From an uncultured Methanosarcinales archaeon (lineage in GTDB: Archaea; Nanobdellota; Nanobdellia; Woesearchaeales; DSVV01), in contig CAYLMH010000005.1 of the NCBI GenBank assembly GCA_964385055.1, forward strand, positions 2,801 to 66,800: 64,000 nt of DNA. The letters are read 5' to 3'. Made by a program: the position numbers and the translations under genes. The notes beneath the pieces were generated by a model. The model saw nothing but the letters and a program-made list of their open reading frames with translations, ran no database searches and was not told where the DNA came from. This document shows, piece by piece, positions 35,678 to 44,524 of the stretch (position 1 is its first letter; every line of letters starts with the position of its first letter).

Positions 35678-37390
35678 ATGCGCAAAAACACAGAAGTCGC
35701 AAAAATCCTGTACCATATCGCAGATCTTCTTGAAATACAGGATGTGCAATGGAAACCAGCAGCATATAGAAAAGCTGCACAAAGTGTCGAAAGCGCTTCT
35801 GAAGATGTTAGTGTTCTTGTCAAAGAAAAACGATTGCATGAACTTCCTGGTGTTGGAGAACATATTGGAACAAAGATACAAGAGCTTGTGGAAACAGGAA
35901 AACTGCAGTATCTCGAAAAACTGAAAAAAGAAACACCCATTGATGTAGAAAGTCTTTCAAGAATCGAGGGGCTTGGTCCAAAGACATTGAAACGGCTCTG
36001 GAAGCAACTGAAAATCAAGAATATCGAAGATCTCAAGAAAGCAGCAGAGACAGGAAAGCTCTCAGAAGTGGAAGGAATAGGAGAAAAGAAGCAGCAACAA
36101 ATTCTCGAAAGACTACAACGCCTCAAAACACAAGGTCCTGAACGAATGCTGCTAGGCATTGCTGCGCCGATTGCAGAAGAGATCACAAAAATACTGCGAG
36201 CAGTACAAGGAGTGCAGCAGGTGGAGATAGCAGGGTCATACAGACGAGGAAAAGAAACTGTGGGGGATATTGACATTCTTGTTGCCGCAACAGAAGCAAA
36301 GCGAGTGATGGATGTCTTTGTTTCCATGAACGGTGTTGCAGAAATACTTGCGCAAGGAGCAACAAAAAGCAGTGTGCGAATGGAGAATGGATTACAAATA
36401 GATATTCGTGTTGTCCAAAAAGAGCAATACGGTTCTGCGCTCCAATATTTCACAGGAAGCAAAGAGCATTCTGTTGCGTTACGAACAATCGCAGTAAGAA
36501 AAGGATTGACGCTCAGTGAGTATGGATTGTTCACCATAAAAGAAAAGAAACTTGTCGCAAGTAAAACTGAAGAAGAAGTCTACAAAAAATTAGGACTGCA
36601 ATATATTCCTCCAGAGATGCGAGAGAATCGTGGTGAGATTGAACTCGCGCAAAAGAAAAAAATTCCAACGCTTGTTGAACTGAAAGATATCAATGGAGAT
36701 TTCCAGACACAGACAACATGGAGTGATGGAAGTCATACAATCGAAGAGATGGCAAAAAGAGGGGAACAGCTGGGATGGAAGTTCATCACTATTACAGATC
36801 ACGTGGGGGGGATTGGAATTACAAATCCACTTGACGAAAAGCGCTTGCAAAAGCAGGCTCTGATGATTGACAAACTGAGCAAAAAGATGAATATTCATAT
36901 TTTCAAAGGAGCAGAAATTGATATCATGAAAACAGGCGCACTTGCGCTTTCAAAAAAAGCGTGCAAGGAGTTAGATGTCGTGCTCGCATCTATTCATTCC
37001 TCATTTAGAATGCCACAAAAAGAGATGACAAAAAGAATTTGCGCTGCGATAGAAGAATATCCTGTGCACATTTTAGGTCATCCAACAGGTCGTTTAATCA
37101 ACCGCAGAGATCCGTTGGATTTTGACACAGAAAAAGTATTTCAGACTGCGAAAGAGAGGGGTGTGTTTTTGGAGATCAATGGACAACCCGCGCGAATGGA
37201 TTTAAACGATGTGCATGTGCAGAAAGCAAGAGAGCTTGGCTGTTCGTTTGTCATCAGTTCTGACGCGCATGCAGTAGATCAGTTGGAGTATGTGAAGTAT
37301 GGTGTATTGACTGCGCGAAGAGGATGGTTGCAGAAGAAGGATGTGTTGAATACAAGGACTGTGACGCAGATTGAGAAAGTGTTGAGATAA
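35678..37390 (+). CDS. polX: Family X DNA polymerase with C-terminal PHP domain
   Basis: HhH repeats, the Pol-beta nucleotidyltransferase motif GSYRRGKETVGDIDILV, and PHP His motifs (TDHVGG, SIHSSF, ILGHPTGR, SSDAH). Confidence 0.85.
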   Translation: MRKNTEVAKILYHIADLLEIQDVQWKPAAYRKAAQSVESASEDVSVLVKEKRLHELPGVGEHIGTKIQELVETGKLQYLEKLKKETPIDVESLSRIEGLGPKTLKRLWKQLKIKNIEDLKKAAETGKLSEVEGIGEKKQQQILERLQRLKTQGPERMLLGIAAPIAEEITKILRAVQGVQQVEIAGSYRRGKETVGDIDILVAATEAKRVMDVFVSMNGVAEILAQGATKSSVRMENGLQIDIRVVQKEQYGSALQYFTGSKEHSVALRTIAVRKGLTLSEYGLFTIKEKKLVASKTEEEVYKKLGLQYIPPEMRENRGEIELAQKKKIPTLVELKDINGDFQTQTTWSDGSHTIEEMAKRGEQLGWKFITITDHVGGIGITNPLDEKRLQKQALMIDKLSKKMNIHIFKGAEIDIMKTGALALSKKACKELDVVLASIHSSFRMPQKEMTKRICAAIEEYPVHILGHPTGRLINRRDPLDFDTEKVFQTAKERGVFLEINGQPARMDLNDVHVQKARELGCSFVISSDAHAVDQLEYVKYGVLTARRGWLQKKDVLNTRTVTQIEKVLR

Positions 37391-38296
37391 TCACTTCGTC
37401 AAACAAACAACCACATCATCAATCAAGAATGTATGTTCTGCCTGACTGACCATGCCTTTGGAAACTTCAACAAGAGGTGCGTGTCCTTGCACATTGCCAT
37501 TCATCTTCAGCTGCCCAAGCGCCAACGAAACCTTATTCACGCCATGTTTTTCATCCAACCATCGTCGTGCAAAAGGAACGTGCTGGAATTTCTCAATATC
37601 TTGCATCATTTGTCGTGCGATTGGACTGCGCACAGGCCGATGAGAAACTTCTTCAAAAATTACTGTCTCACCAGCATCTTTAATTCGTCCTTCTCCAGAA
37701 GATGCGAAGGGTTCAATCGCGATGATCATGCCTTTTTCCAAAACAACTTTTTCTTTAGTGTCATAGTTAGGAATAGATGGCCCGGTGTGAATTTGATACA
37801 ACGCAATCCCATGTCCTGACAAATTGCGGATAGGCTGAAATCCATGCGACGTAATGGTTTCTTCAACAACGCGACCGATTTCTGCGACAGGCAAACCAAT
37901 TTTCAGAATTTTCATAGCATTTGCAAGCGCTTGCTGCGACGCTTCGACTAATTTTGTTCGCTTGCCAGACAAGTCAATGGTATACGCAGTATCGCCGATT
38001 GCGCCTTCATAGCACACACCAATGTCTACTTTGATAATTTGATCAGAAAGAACAATGGAATCGTTCAGAATAGGAGTATAATGTGCAGCTATTTCGTTCA
38101 AAGAAAGATTCACTGGAAACGCAGGGAATGCTCCTTTTTCTCGAATTTTATCTTCAATCGCGTTCGCAATATCAAGCAATTTTGCACCTGGTTTAATCAA
38201 GGATTTTGACCATTCGCGAACCTCAGAAGCGATTTTTCCTGCTTTGATCCATTTTTCTTTATCTTCTGGATTCATGATGTTTGGATATTGTTTCAT
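37391..38296 (-). CDS. map: Methionine aminopeptidase, type 2 (archaeal)
   Basis: Pita-bread metal ligands in context (DIGVCYEGAIGDTAYT, LSGHG, AIEPF) and a 301-aa archaeal-size protein. Confidence 0.85.
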   Translation of the reverse strand: MKQYPNIMNPEDKEKWIKAGKIASEVREWSKSLIKPGAKLLDIANAIEDKIREKGAFPAFPVNLSLNEIAAHYTPILNDSIVLSDQIIKVDIGVCYEGAIGDTAYTIDLSGKRTKLVEASQQALANAMKILKIGLPVAEIGRVVEETITSHGFQPIRNLSGHGIALYQIHTGPSIPNYDTKEKVVLEKGMIIAIEPFASSGEGRIKDAGETVIFEEVSHRPVRSPIARQMMQDIEKFQHVPFARRWLDEKHGVNKVSLALGQLKMNGNVQGHAPLVEVSKGMVSQAEHTFLIDDVVVCLTK

Positions 38297-38357
38297 GAAA
38301 GGAAAAAAGAAGGATTTGTTTATATGGTTTGCTGTTCGAAAAGCACAAACTATTTAT

Positions 38358-38456
38358 AGCTGACGCACGAAATAATCGTAATCTTTTGTGGTGATTTCGT
38401 GTGTCAGCTAATAAGCGAACGAACATATGAAGTTACGAAAAGTTGGTTCGTTCGCT
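38358..38456 (+). promoter_or_regulatory. Two consecutive long inverted repeats upstream of bcp
   Basis: IR1 is AGCTGACGCACGAAAT (38358-38373) with ATTTCGTGTGTCAGCT (38394-38409). IR2 is AGCGAACGAAC (38414-38424) with GTTCGTTCGCT (38446-38456). IR1 overlaps the TATA-like CTATTTATAGC. Confidence 0.55.
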
Positions 38457-38483
38457 ATAACAAAGAACAGAGAAAAGAAGCAC

Positions 38484-38954
38484 ATGAATTATCCAACAAT
38501 AAATACAAAAGCGCCAGACTTCAAATTACCAGACCAAAACAACAAATCAACATCGTTGAAAGATTTCAAAGGCAAATGGGTTGTTCTCTATTTCTATCCA
38601 AAAGACGACACTCCTGGCTGTACAGTAGAGGCGATTGATTTTACAAAAGCAAACAACCAGTTTAAAGAATTAAACGCAGTTGTTGTCGGAGTAAGTCCTG
38701 ATGATCATAAAAGCCACTGCAAATTTATTGAAAAACACAAATTGGATATTACCCTCCTCAGCGACACAGAAAAGAAAACACTCGAAGCGTATGGCGTTTG
38801 GCAGGAAAAATCCATGTACGGCAGAAAGTATATGGGTGTTGCACGAACAACATTCTTAATTAATCCAGAAGGGAAGATTGCCTTTGTGTGGGAGAAGGTC
38901 AGTGTTACAGGACATACTGATGATGTGAAGAAAAAGATTATGGAGTTGCAGTAG
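38484..38954 (+). CDS. bcp: Peroxiredoxin (Bcp / PrxQ type)
   Basis: APDFKLPDQ ... WVVLYFYPKDDTPGCT is the peroxidatic Cys motif. Start chosen at MNYPT; the ORF track begins at 38427. Confidence 0.85.
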   Translation: MNYPTINTKAPDFKLPDQNNKSTSLKDFKGKWVVLYFYPKDDTPGCTVEAIDFTKANNQFKELNAVVVGVSPDDHKSHCKFIEKHKLDITLLSDTEKKTLEAYGVWQEKSMYGRKYMGVARTTFLINPEGKIAFVWEKVSVTGHTDDVKKKIMELQ

Positions 38955-38956
38955 AT

Positions 38957-39340
38957 TCACAATGCAGAGAGTTTTTTAATAATCTCTTTTATCTTTTTCT
39001 CATTGAGAAGAATGTAATTTTTCGGGATCATGAATCCTTCATAGGAAATTCTATTTCTATACTCTCTCATTTGTTGGAGAAATAATCGAGTTTGCTCATC
39101 AAAAGCATGTTGTTTGGAAATAAAGTCTATCAATTCCTGATGTGCTCCTTCCCCTTTTACTTTAACACCTTGTTTTGCAGCAATTCCCTCAAGAAGTTTA
39201 TGAATAACATCATAATAATCAACAAGCGTGTTACTGGGATACTTTAATGGATCAAGTTCTTGCAATCTTTGCATAGTAATTTCAGCCATCTTCTTAAGCG
39301 CTTCTGCTTTCTGTATATCTGGCTGACCTTTTATAATCAT
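38957..39340 (-). CDS. HEPN-domain protein (partner of the adjacent nucleotidyltransferase)
   Basis: Helical 127-aa protein with a 4-nt overlap with the upstream NTase gene. The motif region REYRNRISYEG has Tyr where many HEPNs have His. Confidence 0.6.
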   Translation of the reverse strand: MIIKGQPDIQKAEALKKMAEITMQRLQELDPLKYPSNTLVDYYDVIHKLLEGIAAKQGVKVKGEGAHQELIDFISKQHAFDEQTRLFLQQMREYRNRISYEGFMIPKNYILLNEKKIKEIIKKLSAL

Positions 39341-39876
39341 TTATATCCCTCTAAAAATCCATGAAGAACAATACCATTGGTAATATTATTTTTTAACTCT
39401 TTTGGATAAGACGAAAAATTTTCATTAAAGTGAAGTTCTATTTTTCTTTTGAGTTTCTTCTCAAAGAGTGTAAGATGAAGATCCTCCTGTTTACATTCAA
39501 CAAAGAGATCAATGTCACTTGTTTCTATGTCCTCTCCTCTTCGATAGCTTCCAAAAAGAACAATGGTTTTTGGTGCAAGAGTATCAGCAAGAAAATCAAT
39601 AAGAGAAGATTCTAGAAGAGCAGAGAAGTTGTAAAGCATCTTTTGTTGCTGAAATTTCTTTGCATTTCTTTCTGCAGTGTAGAGGGGAAATTTCCTTTTT
39701 CCTTTTTTTTCAATAGATTCAGTAATAAAGCCATCTTTTACCAAAGCCTTCAAGTTTTGCTTGACAGAAGTATGGGCAATTCCTATTGCAGTACTGATCT
39801 CCATAAGATTATGCCCTTTGGTGGGATAGTCAAGAAAAAAGGAAAGCGTTTGTTCCATACTACTTTTTTGTAACAT
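39337..39876 (-). CDS. Minimal nucleotidyltransferase (MNT) with N-terminal winged-helix domain
   Basis: GSYRRGEDIETSDIDLFV (GS..DxD NTase motif). N-terminal HTH-like segment. Confidence 0.7.
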   Translation of the reverse strand: MLQKSSMEQTLSFFLDYPTKGHNLMEISTAIGIAHTSVKQNLKALVKDGFITESIEKKGKRKFPLYTAERNAKKFQQQKMLYNFSALLESSLIDFLADTLAPKTIVLFGSYRRGEDIETSDIDLFVECKQEDLHLTLFEKKLKRKIELHFNENFSSYPKELKNNITNGIVLHGFLEGYK

Positions 39877-39915
39877 ATATTACATTAATGTAATAAGTAA
39901 TATAAAAATGTTGTG

Positions 39916-42123
39916 TTAATTCTTTTGCCGAACTAAAGGTCGTACTTGCAATTCCTTTGTTTCATAATTCAAAGTAAGTCGGAAAGCATCTCCATTTGGA
40001 GTAAAGAGAGACAGAGAAAAGTCAAAATGTTGTTCAGGAAGTTCAGACCTACGAGCGTCACATTGTTCTGCAACAAAAGGAAGCTTATAGGCATCATATC
40101 CCGGAGCGAGAGTTTTATGTTCTCCATCCCATGCGCCTCTTCCTTCATGAATCAGAATTGTTTCATTTCCAAATCTGCTTGGAAAGATATGAATTCCTGT
40201 GTCGTAGCCTAAAGAATAGTTTTTTCTTGTAAATTGATTAGAGTAAAGCAGTTTATGTCCTATTCTATAATACAAATGATCCCAAGGAGCAAACAGTCGT
40301 TCTTTGTGTACTTCTGGTTTATAAGAATCCTGTAAGCCCCAGAGATCAACGCCTGCAGCGATTTGTGCTTCTTTGATTTTGTGATCAAATTCTTTTGCTT
40401 TCTTTTCATCTTGTCGATGAAAAATGTTTGGGTAAATTTTATCAACAACATAGCCTCCGACTAAACCAAACCATGCAGTAGGAAGGGATTCAACACCATA
40501 CTCATACAATGTATACGCAGTTGCTAAAGCGCCAATTATAGAGAATGGATGCTTTGTTGCAGCATCCCAAAGATGTGTTCCCAAAGGAATCGACTTGACC
40601 ATTAATTCAAGATTTGAAGGAACTGCAAGAGTTCTCTTTTGTTCATGCAATTTTTTAATTTCTGCGCTCTCTCCAAGAAGAGTTTCTAATTCTGTTCGTG
40701 CGGTTTCTAGCTGTCCTCTTGCGTGAGTATGTTTGTATCGATTATATGAGAGATTAATACCACCCAAAATACTAGCCGCTGTACCCAATCTAAAATATTC
40801 CCATGCTGCGTCAATTCCTGCGAGTAAAGCAGGATCAGCGCCAATAACAGAACCAAGATAATCTTTCAAAAGATCAGGAAAAGGAGTAAAACTTAGAGCA
40901 ATATGAACTGCTCCAGTAGCAAGTAAGAAATAATTAAATTTAATATTATCTAAACGTTCTTCAATATCTTTTTCATATTTTTCCATTGCGAGAGTAAGAT
41001 CAGCAACACGAAGACCTTCAGCACTATACAAGGGAATTCCTGCTTGTCGACTGCGTGCTTTTACTAAATCTCCTTTATACATCGGAAGAATTCTTTTTGC
41101 TTCTTCTGCTCGTTCAGCTTTCGCAACGTAAGAAGCAAAGCGTCCATGAGGAAAAATAATAGAAGGAATATATCCCATACGAGCAAGCGCATGATCCAAA
41201 ACCCCAAAATCCGCAAGCTCCATTTCAAGAGAAGTAATTTTCTGTTTTGTTTGTCGAACTTGAAAACCATCTTCTGTGGAAACAACCAAACCATTGCCAG
41301 CAAGATCATCCAAAACAGCACGAGCAGTTTGATGTCTTTTCACAACATCATGTTCACACATTTTCTTGACAACAGAAACTAATTGAGAACTATAATCCCC
41401 TTCAAATTCTTCAAAATACAAATTTCGCGGAGTATTCAAACCAACCATTCCAGAAGGATGTTCTCCCTTCATCAAGTAATACATCGTAAGTCCAAGGGAA
41501 TGAATATCAGAAGCAGGAGTTGGATTTCCTTGATATTGTTCTGGAGCAACGTAAAGAAGTGTTCCCATCGCAACAGTGCCTGAAAGTGTTCGTAAGGTTG
41601 CGTCTCGCGCAGCACCAAAATCAGCAATAACAACATTGCCAGAATGATCAATCATAATATTGCTTGGTTTAATGTCCCGATGCAAGACATCGCGTGCATG
41701 AACCTTTCCAAGAATAGTTGCAGATTGTAAAAGAATTTCACGAACAGCTTCTTCTGGAAGAGGACGCGTAGATCGTAATTTTTCAAGAGTCGCACCATCA
41801 ACGTAATCAGAAACAACTGCGTAATTTCTAAGCTCAAGATTTGAAACACCATGCGCAAGAAGATGAGTAACACCCGCAACATCGTCCAACTTTTGCCAAG
41901 AAATAAATCGTTCTCGCTCCGCAGAAGTCGGCCTTCGATGTAATACTTTCACCGCAACAACATCTTCTCCTCGCTGTGCTTTATACAACGTTCCTTGTCC
42001 ACCATCGCCACGTTCTTCAACAAGAGTATAAACGAGAGGTGAACCATTAATAGTAAGTGTTGTAGAAATTGCATCGCCTGGAACAACAACATCAGAAACA
42101 AGTTCTTCAAGAAGTTTGCTCAT
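39916..42123 (-). CDS. Ser/Thr protein kinase fused to a membrane-spanning and C-terminal domain of unknown function
   Basis: GDGGQGTLYKA..VAVK, HRDIKPSNIM, ADFGAAR and YVAPE. Hydrophobic segments follow and then a 200-aa C-terminal domain. Confidence 0.8.
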   Translation of the reverse strand: MSKLLEELVSDVVVPGDAISTTLTINGSPLVYTLVEERGDGGQGTLYKAQRGEDVVAVKVLHRRPTSAERERFISWQKLDDVAGVTHLLAHGVSNLELRNYAVVSDYVDGATLEKLRSTRPLPEEAVREILLQSATILGKVHARDVLHRDIKPSNIMIDHSGNVVIADFGAARDATLRTLSGTVAMGTLLYVAPEQYQGNPTPASDIHSLGLTMYYLMKGEHPSGMVGLNTPRNLYFEEFEGDYSSQLVSVVKKMCEHDVVKRHQTARAVLDDLAGNGLVVSTEDGFQVRQTKQKITSLEMELADFGVLDHALARMGYIPSIIFPHGRFASYVAKAERAEEAKRILPMYKGDLVKARSRQAGIPLYSAEGLRVADLTLAMEKYEKDIEERLDNIKFNYFLLATGAVHIALSFTPFPDLLKDYLGSVIGADPALLAGIDAAWEYFRLGTAASILGGINLSYNRYKHTHARGQLETARTELETLLGESAEIKKLHEQKRTLAVPSNLELMVKSIPLGTHLWDAATKHPFSIIGALATAYTLYEYGVESLPTAWFGLVGGYVVDKIYPNIFHRQDEKKAKEFDHKIKEAQIAAGVDLWGLQDSYKPEVHKERLFAPWDHLYYRIGHKLLYSNQFTRKNYSLGYDTGIHIFPSRFGNETILIHEGRGAWDGEHKTLAPGYDAYKLPFVAEQCDARRSELPEQHFDFSLSLFTPNGDAFRLTLNYETKELQVRPLVRQKN

Positions 42124-42672
42124 CTAATACACCACTGCAACCAAAATGCCTTGGACATCAGAAAAGCGAACTTTTTCTTTGTCAGGGATTGGGTTATTGT
42201 CACCTTTCACCACATAATAAATTCCTAATTCATCTTTCTCAATCGCAATAACGCGATGAATCACGACCCCATTTCCAGATCTATAGCTGATCACATCACC
42301 AACATGAATATCATCTTCAGAGTCTGGTTTAATTTCAATGCCATTTGCGCCAGCATCAAGCAATGGATCCATGGAATTGGTGTCTGTAAAACTGCTCCAA
42401 ACAGGATCATCAACGTCAAGCACAACATGATCATCGTACACTTTAATCTGTTCCTCAGTAATGTGATCATTCGGAGACATAATTTCAGCAGAAGAAAAAG
42501 TCAGAAAATTATTGACTTTTTCAAGAACACCATCATCCCCAGGTACGACAACATTTTCTTCCGAAGAAGCAGAAAAATCAAGATATAAGGAGTGTCCAAT
42601 CCAGCCAAGAGCGACAGCTGAAACAACAACCAAATAGATCAATACATGCCCCTTAAATAAACCCCAAGCCAT
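42124..42672 (-). CDS. S26 signal-peptidase-I-like protein
   Basis: N-terminal TM, NSMDPLL (Ser box), VIHRVI and VKGDNNPIPD. The stop abuts the kinase start codon. Confidence 0.6.
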   Translation of the reverse strand: MAWGLFKGHVLIYLVVVSAVALGWIGHSLYLDFSASSEENVVVPGDDGVLEKVNNFLTFSSAEIMSPNDHITEEQIKVYDDHVVLDVDDPVWSSFTDTNSMDPLLDAGANGIEIKPDSEDDIHVGDVISYRSGNGVVIHRVIAIEKDELGIYYVVKGDNNPIPDKEKVRFSDVQGILVAVVY

Positions 42673-42734
42673 AGGGCAAAGAAACCAAACATGCTTTTTA
42701 AAGGTTGTGAGTTTTAATGACTGGAGAGTGAAAA

Positions 42735-43133
42735 TTATCTCACTGCAAAGAGTTTCTCTTTGATGAGTTGTAGATCTGCTTGAATCATGCCTAAATTTGC
42801 ATCTAATTTAGCATCTAAAGTATCTACTTTCCGCTCCAAGTTTCCAATTCGTTGCTTCATTGGATTGAAATATATTTTCCATGATGCGAGTGCAGCCATA
42901 AATAATCCAACAATCCATTCATATTCTGCAGGAACTCCAAAATCTGCAAAAAGTGGATCCCTTGTAATGATGCCCACAAATAAGAAAGATATTCCTAGAA
43001 AAAATAAAAAAGGAAAGATTTGCTCCAAAGGAAATTTTGGAAGTATATATCTTCTAAAAAGATAAAGGATTACACAAATCAACACAATAATCCAAAATAC
43101 AGTCATAAATATCATACTACTCACCTCAAACAC
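42735..43133 (-). CDS. Membrane protein with C-terminal coiled coil (hypothetical)
   Basis: Three hydrophobic segments, then RIGNLERKVDTLDAKLDANLGMIQADLQLIKEKL. Confidence 0.55.
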   Translation of the reverse strand: MFEVSSMIFMTVFWIIVLICVILYLFRRYILPKFPLEQIFPFLFFLGISFLFVGIITRDPLFADFGVPAEYEWIVGLFMAALASWKIYFNPMKQRIGNLERKVDTLDAKLDANLGMIQADLQLIKEKLFAVR

Positions 43134-43174
43134 TTTTTCTATTTAAACTTTCTGTCGTCATGATTCCAACACAA

Positions 43175-43570
43175 CTACTCATCATAGTTCACATCATACC
43201 CAAAAGCAAAACCTCCGTTCTTCTGCATTTGCTGCATGGTATAAATTCGTGTTTCCATATACTCGTGAACATCTTCTGCGTATTGGTCAATCGCAAGGTC
43301 ATACACTCCATTAGGCGCATGTTTCAACGCAACGCGAGCGCCATCATACAATTCATTCATGTAGCGATCAGGATGCTGATCAATTTGTTGATGCACATAT
43401 GCAGCAATCGTAGAAAATTCACCCGCAGTGGTCATTGCTTCTAATTGAGAAACAGTTTCAACGTGCGTATCTTCTTGTGGCTTTCCAAACGCAGTAGTGT
43501 AGCCAACAGTCGTGCAGCTTCCTACAATAAATGCCAGAGGCAAAAGTACTTTTCCCATTTTTTGTTCCAT
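43175..43570 (-). CDS. Secreted/lipoprotein-like hypothetical protein
   Basis: Signal-like LLPLAFIVGSCTT. AAAGGTGAG lies upstream of the ATG. Confidence 0.55.
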   Translation of the reverse strand: MEQKMGKVLLPLAFIVGSCTTVGYTTAFGKPQEDTHVETVSQLEAMTTAGEFSTIAAYVHQQIDQHPDRYMNELYDGARVALKHAPNGVYDLAIDQYAEDVHEYMETRIYTMQQMQKNGGFAFGYDVNYDE

Positions 43571-43700
43571 AAATTCTCACCTTTTTGTTTTAAAAAAAAT
43601 GAGGGAGGACTGTCCACCACAGACATCGCAATGCGTGCACTGCTTGCCTCCCTTGCAAATATACTAGAACGAACTTATTAAAGGAACTTCCGACGAGTTT

Positions 43701-43797
43701 TCCGAAAATCTTACGGATCATCCGAAGGATTTTCGGATAAAGCGAATAGGTTTCGGTATTTCTATTTTTTCGCATGTTTTTTTCGGACATACCGAAA
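43701..43797. promoter_or_regulatory. Array of TCCGAA/TTCGGA-type inverted repeats (candidate operator cluster)
   Basis: TCCGAAAATCTTACGGA (43701-43717), ATCCGAAGGATTTTCGGAT (43720-43738), TTTCGGTAT (43751-43759) and TTTCGGACATACCGAAA (43781-43797). Confidence 0.45.
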
Positions 43798-43941
43798 GAA
43801 TTTGTTCGATTTCTTGCAGAAAGTTTAGTACTCATCAGTATGTTTACTGAGAATAATTATAAGAAAGACATAGGGATTCACAAGGACAGCAAGGCGATTC
43901 AAACAACAATGAAGCAAACAGTTGCTCAGTAGCAAAAGAGA

Positions 43942-44002
43942 ATACACGCACTAGAAAACCTTTTACTGTCAGGGGGACCCATTGCGTGAGCAATGGGGTT
44001 TT
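43942..44002 (+). repeat. Intergenic hairpin module, copy 4
   Basis: ATACACGCAC, 15 nt, CTGTCAGGGGGACCC, stem CCCATTGC/GCAATGGG with loop GTGA, then GGGGTTTTG. Confidence 0.75.
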
Positions 44003-44070
44003 GTTATATTTTTAATAGAACATAATGAAAAATCAGGAACAAAAAGAATATAAAAAAATCAAAAAATCAA

Positions 44071-44421
44071 TTACAACATCTTCAATTCAGCAGTGATCAC
44101 ATCAATATCCTGTTCATCAGCAGGACCTAATGCGCAGCAGGTTTCTGTTCCAGGAGCAACAACAGTGTGTCCAGCGTCAGTAATGAGCGCAGTGACAATG
44201 TCCGCGTCTTTTGCGAGCTGCATATATTTTTTCATCTCTTTCAAGTCTTTGACTTTGAGAACTATTTTTTTCATCCCTTCTGCGCGCCAGGACTTCACCA
44301 TCTCTTTATCTGAACGCAACACTGCTTCAACACACGCGTGACCAACTTGCGCGGCAAGTTTTCCTTTCGGAAGTTTCAAATCATCGCGAACAAGGATGAC
44401 TTGTTTGTATTCTTTAGGCAT
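44071..44421 (-). CDS. pth2: Peptidyl-tRNA hydrolase, archaeal type
   Basis: KQVILVRDDLKLPKGKLAAQVGHA ... DAGHT ... TCCALGP is the canonical Pth2 pattern. Confidence 0.9.
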   Translation of the reverse strand: MPKEYKQVILVRDDLKLPKGKLAAQVGHACVEAVLRSDKEMVKSWRAEGMKKIVLKVKDLKEMKKYMQLAKDADIVTALITDAGHTVVAPGTETCCALGPADEQDIDVITAELKML

Positions 44422-44524
44422 GTCCGTATCTGAACAAAAGAGCTATTTAAAGCTTTGTACACCTTAAAGAGATTTAAACAATTAGGTCATCAGGTTTAAA
44501 TAGTTCGCTTCATGAACAACATAT

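Noticed and set aside
35281-36537. 418-aa ORF on the minus strand
   Set aside because: It is entirely antisense to the well-supported PolX gene and the CBS gene. Its translation is low-complexity, Ser/Cys/Phe-rich sequence typical of the reverse frame of a Lys/Glu-rich gene.
43590-43835. 81-aa ORF on the minus strand
   Set aside because: It overlaps the palindrome array. It has no ribosome-binding or start context and an implausible composition, so the region is treated as regulatory or non-coding.
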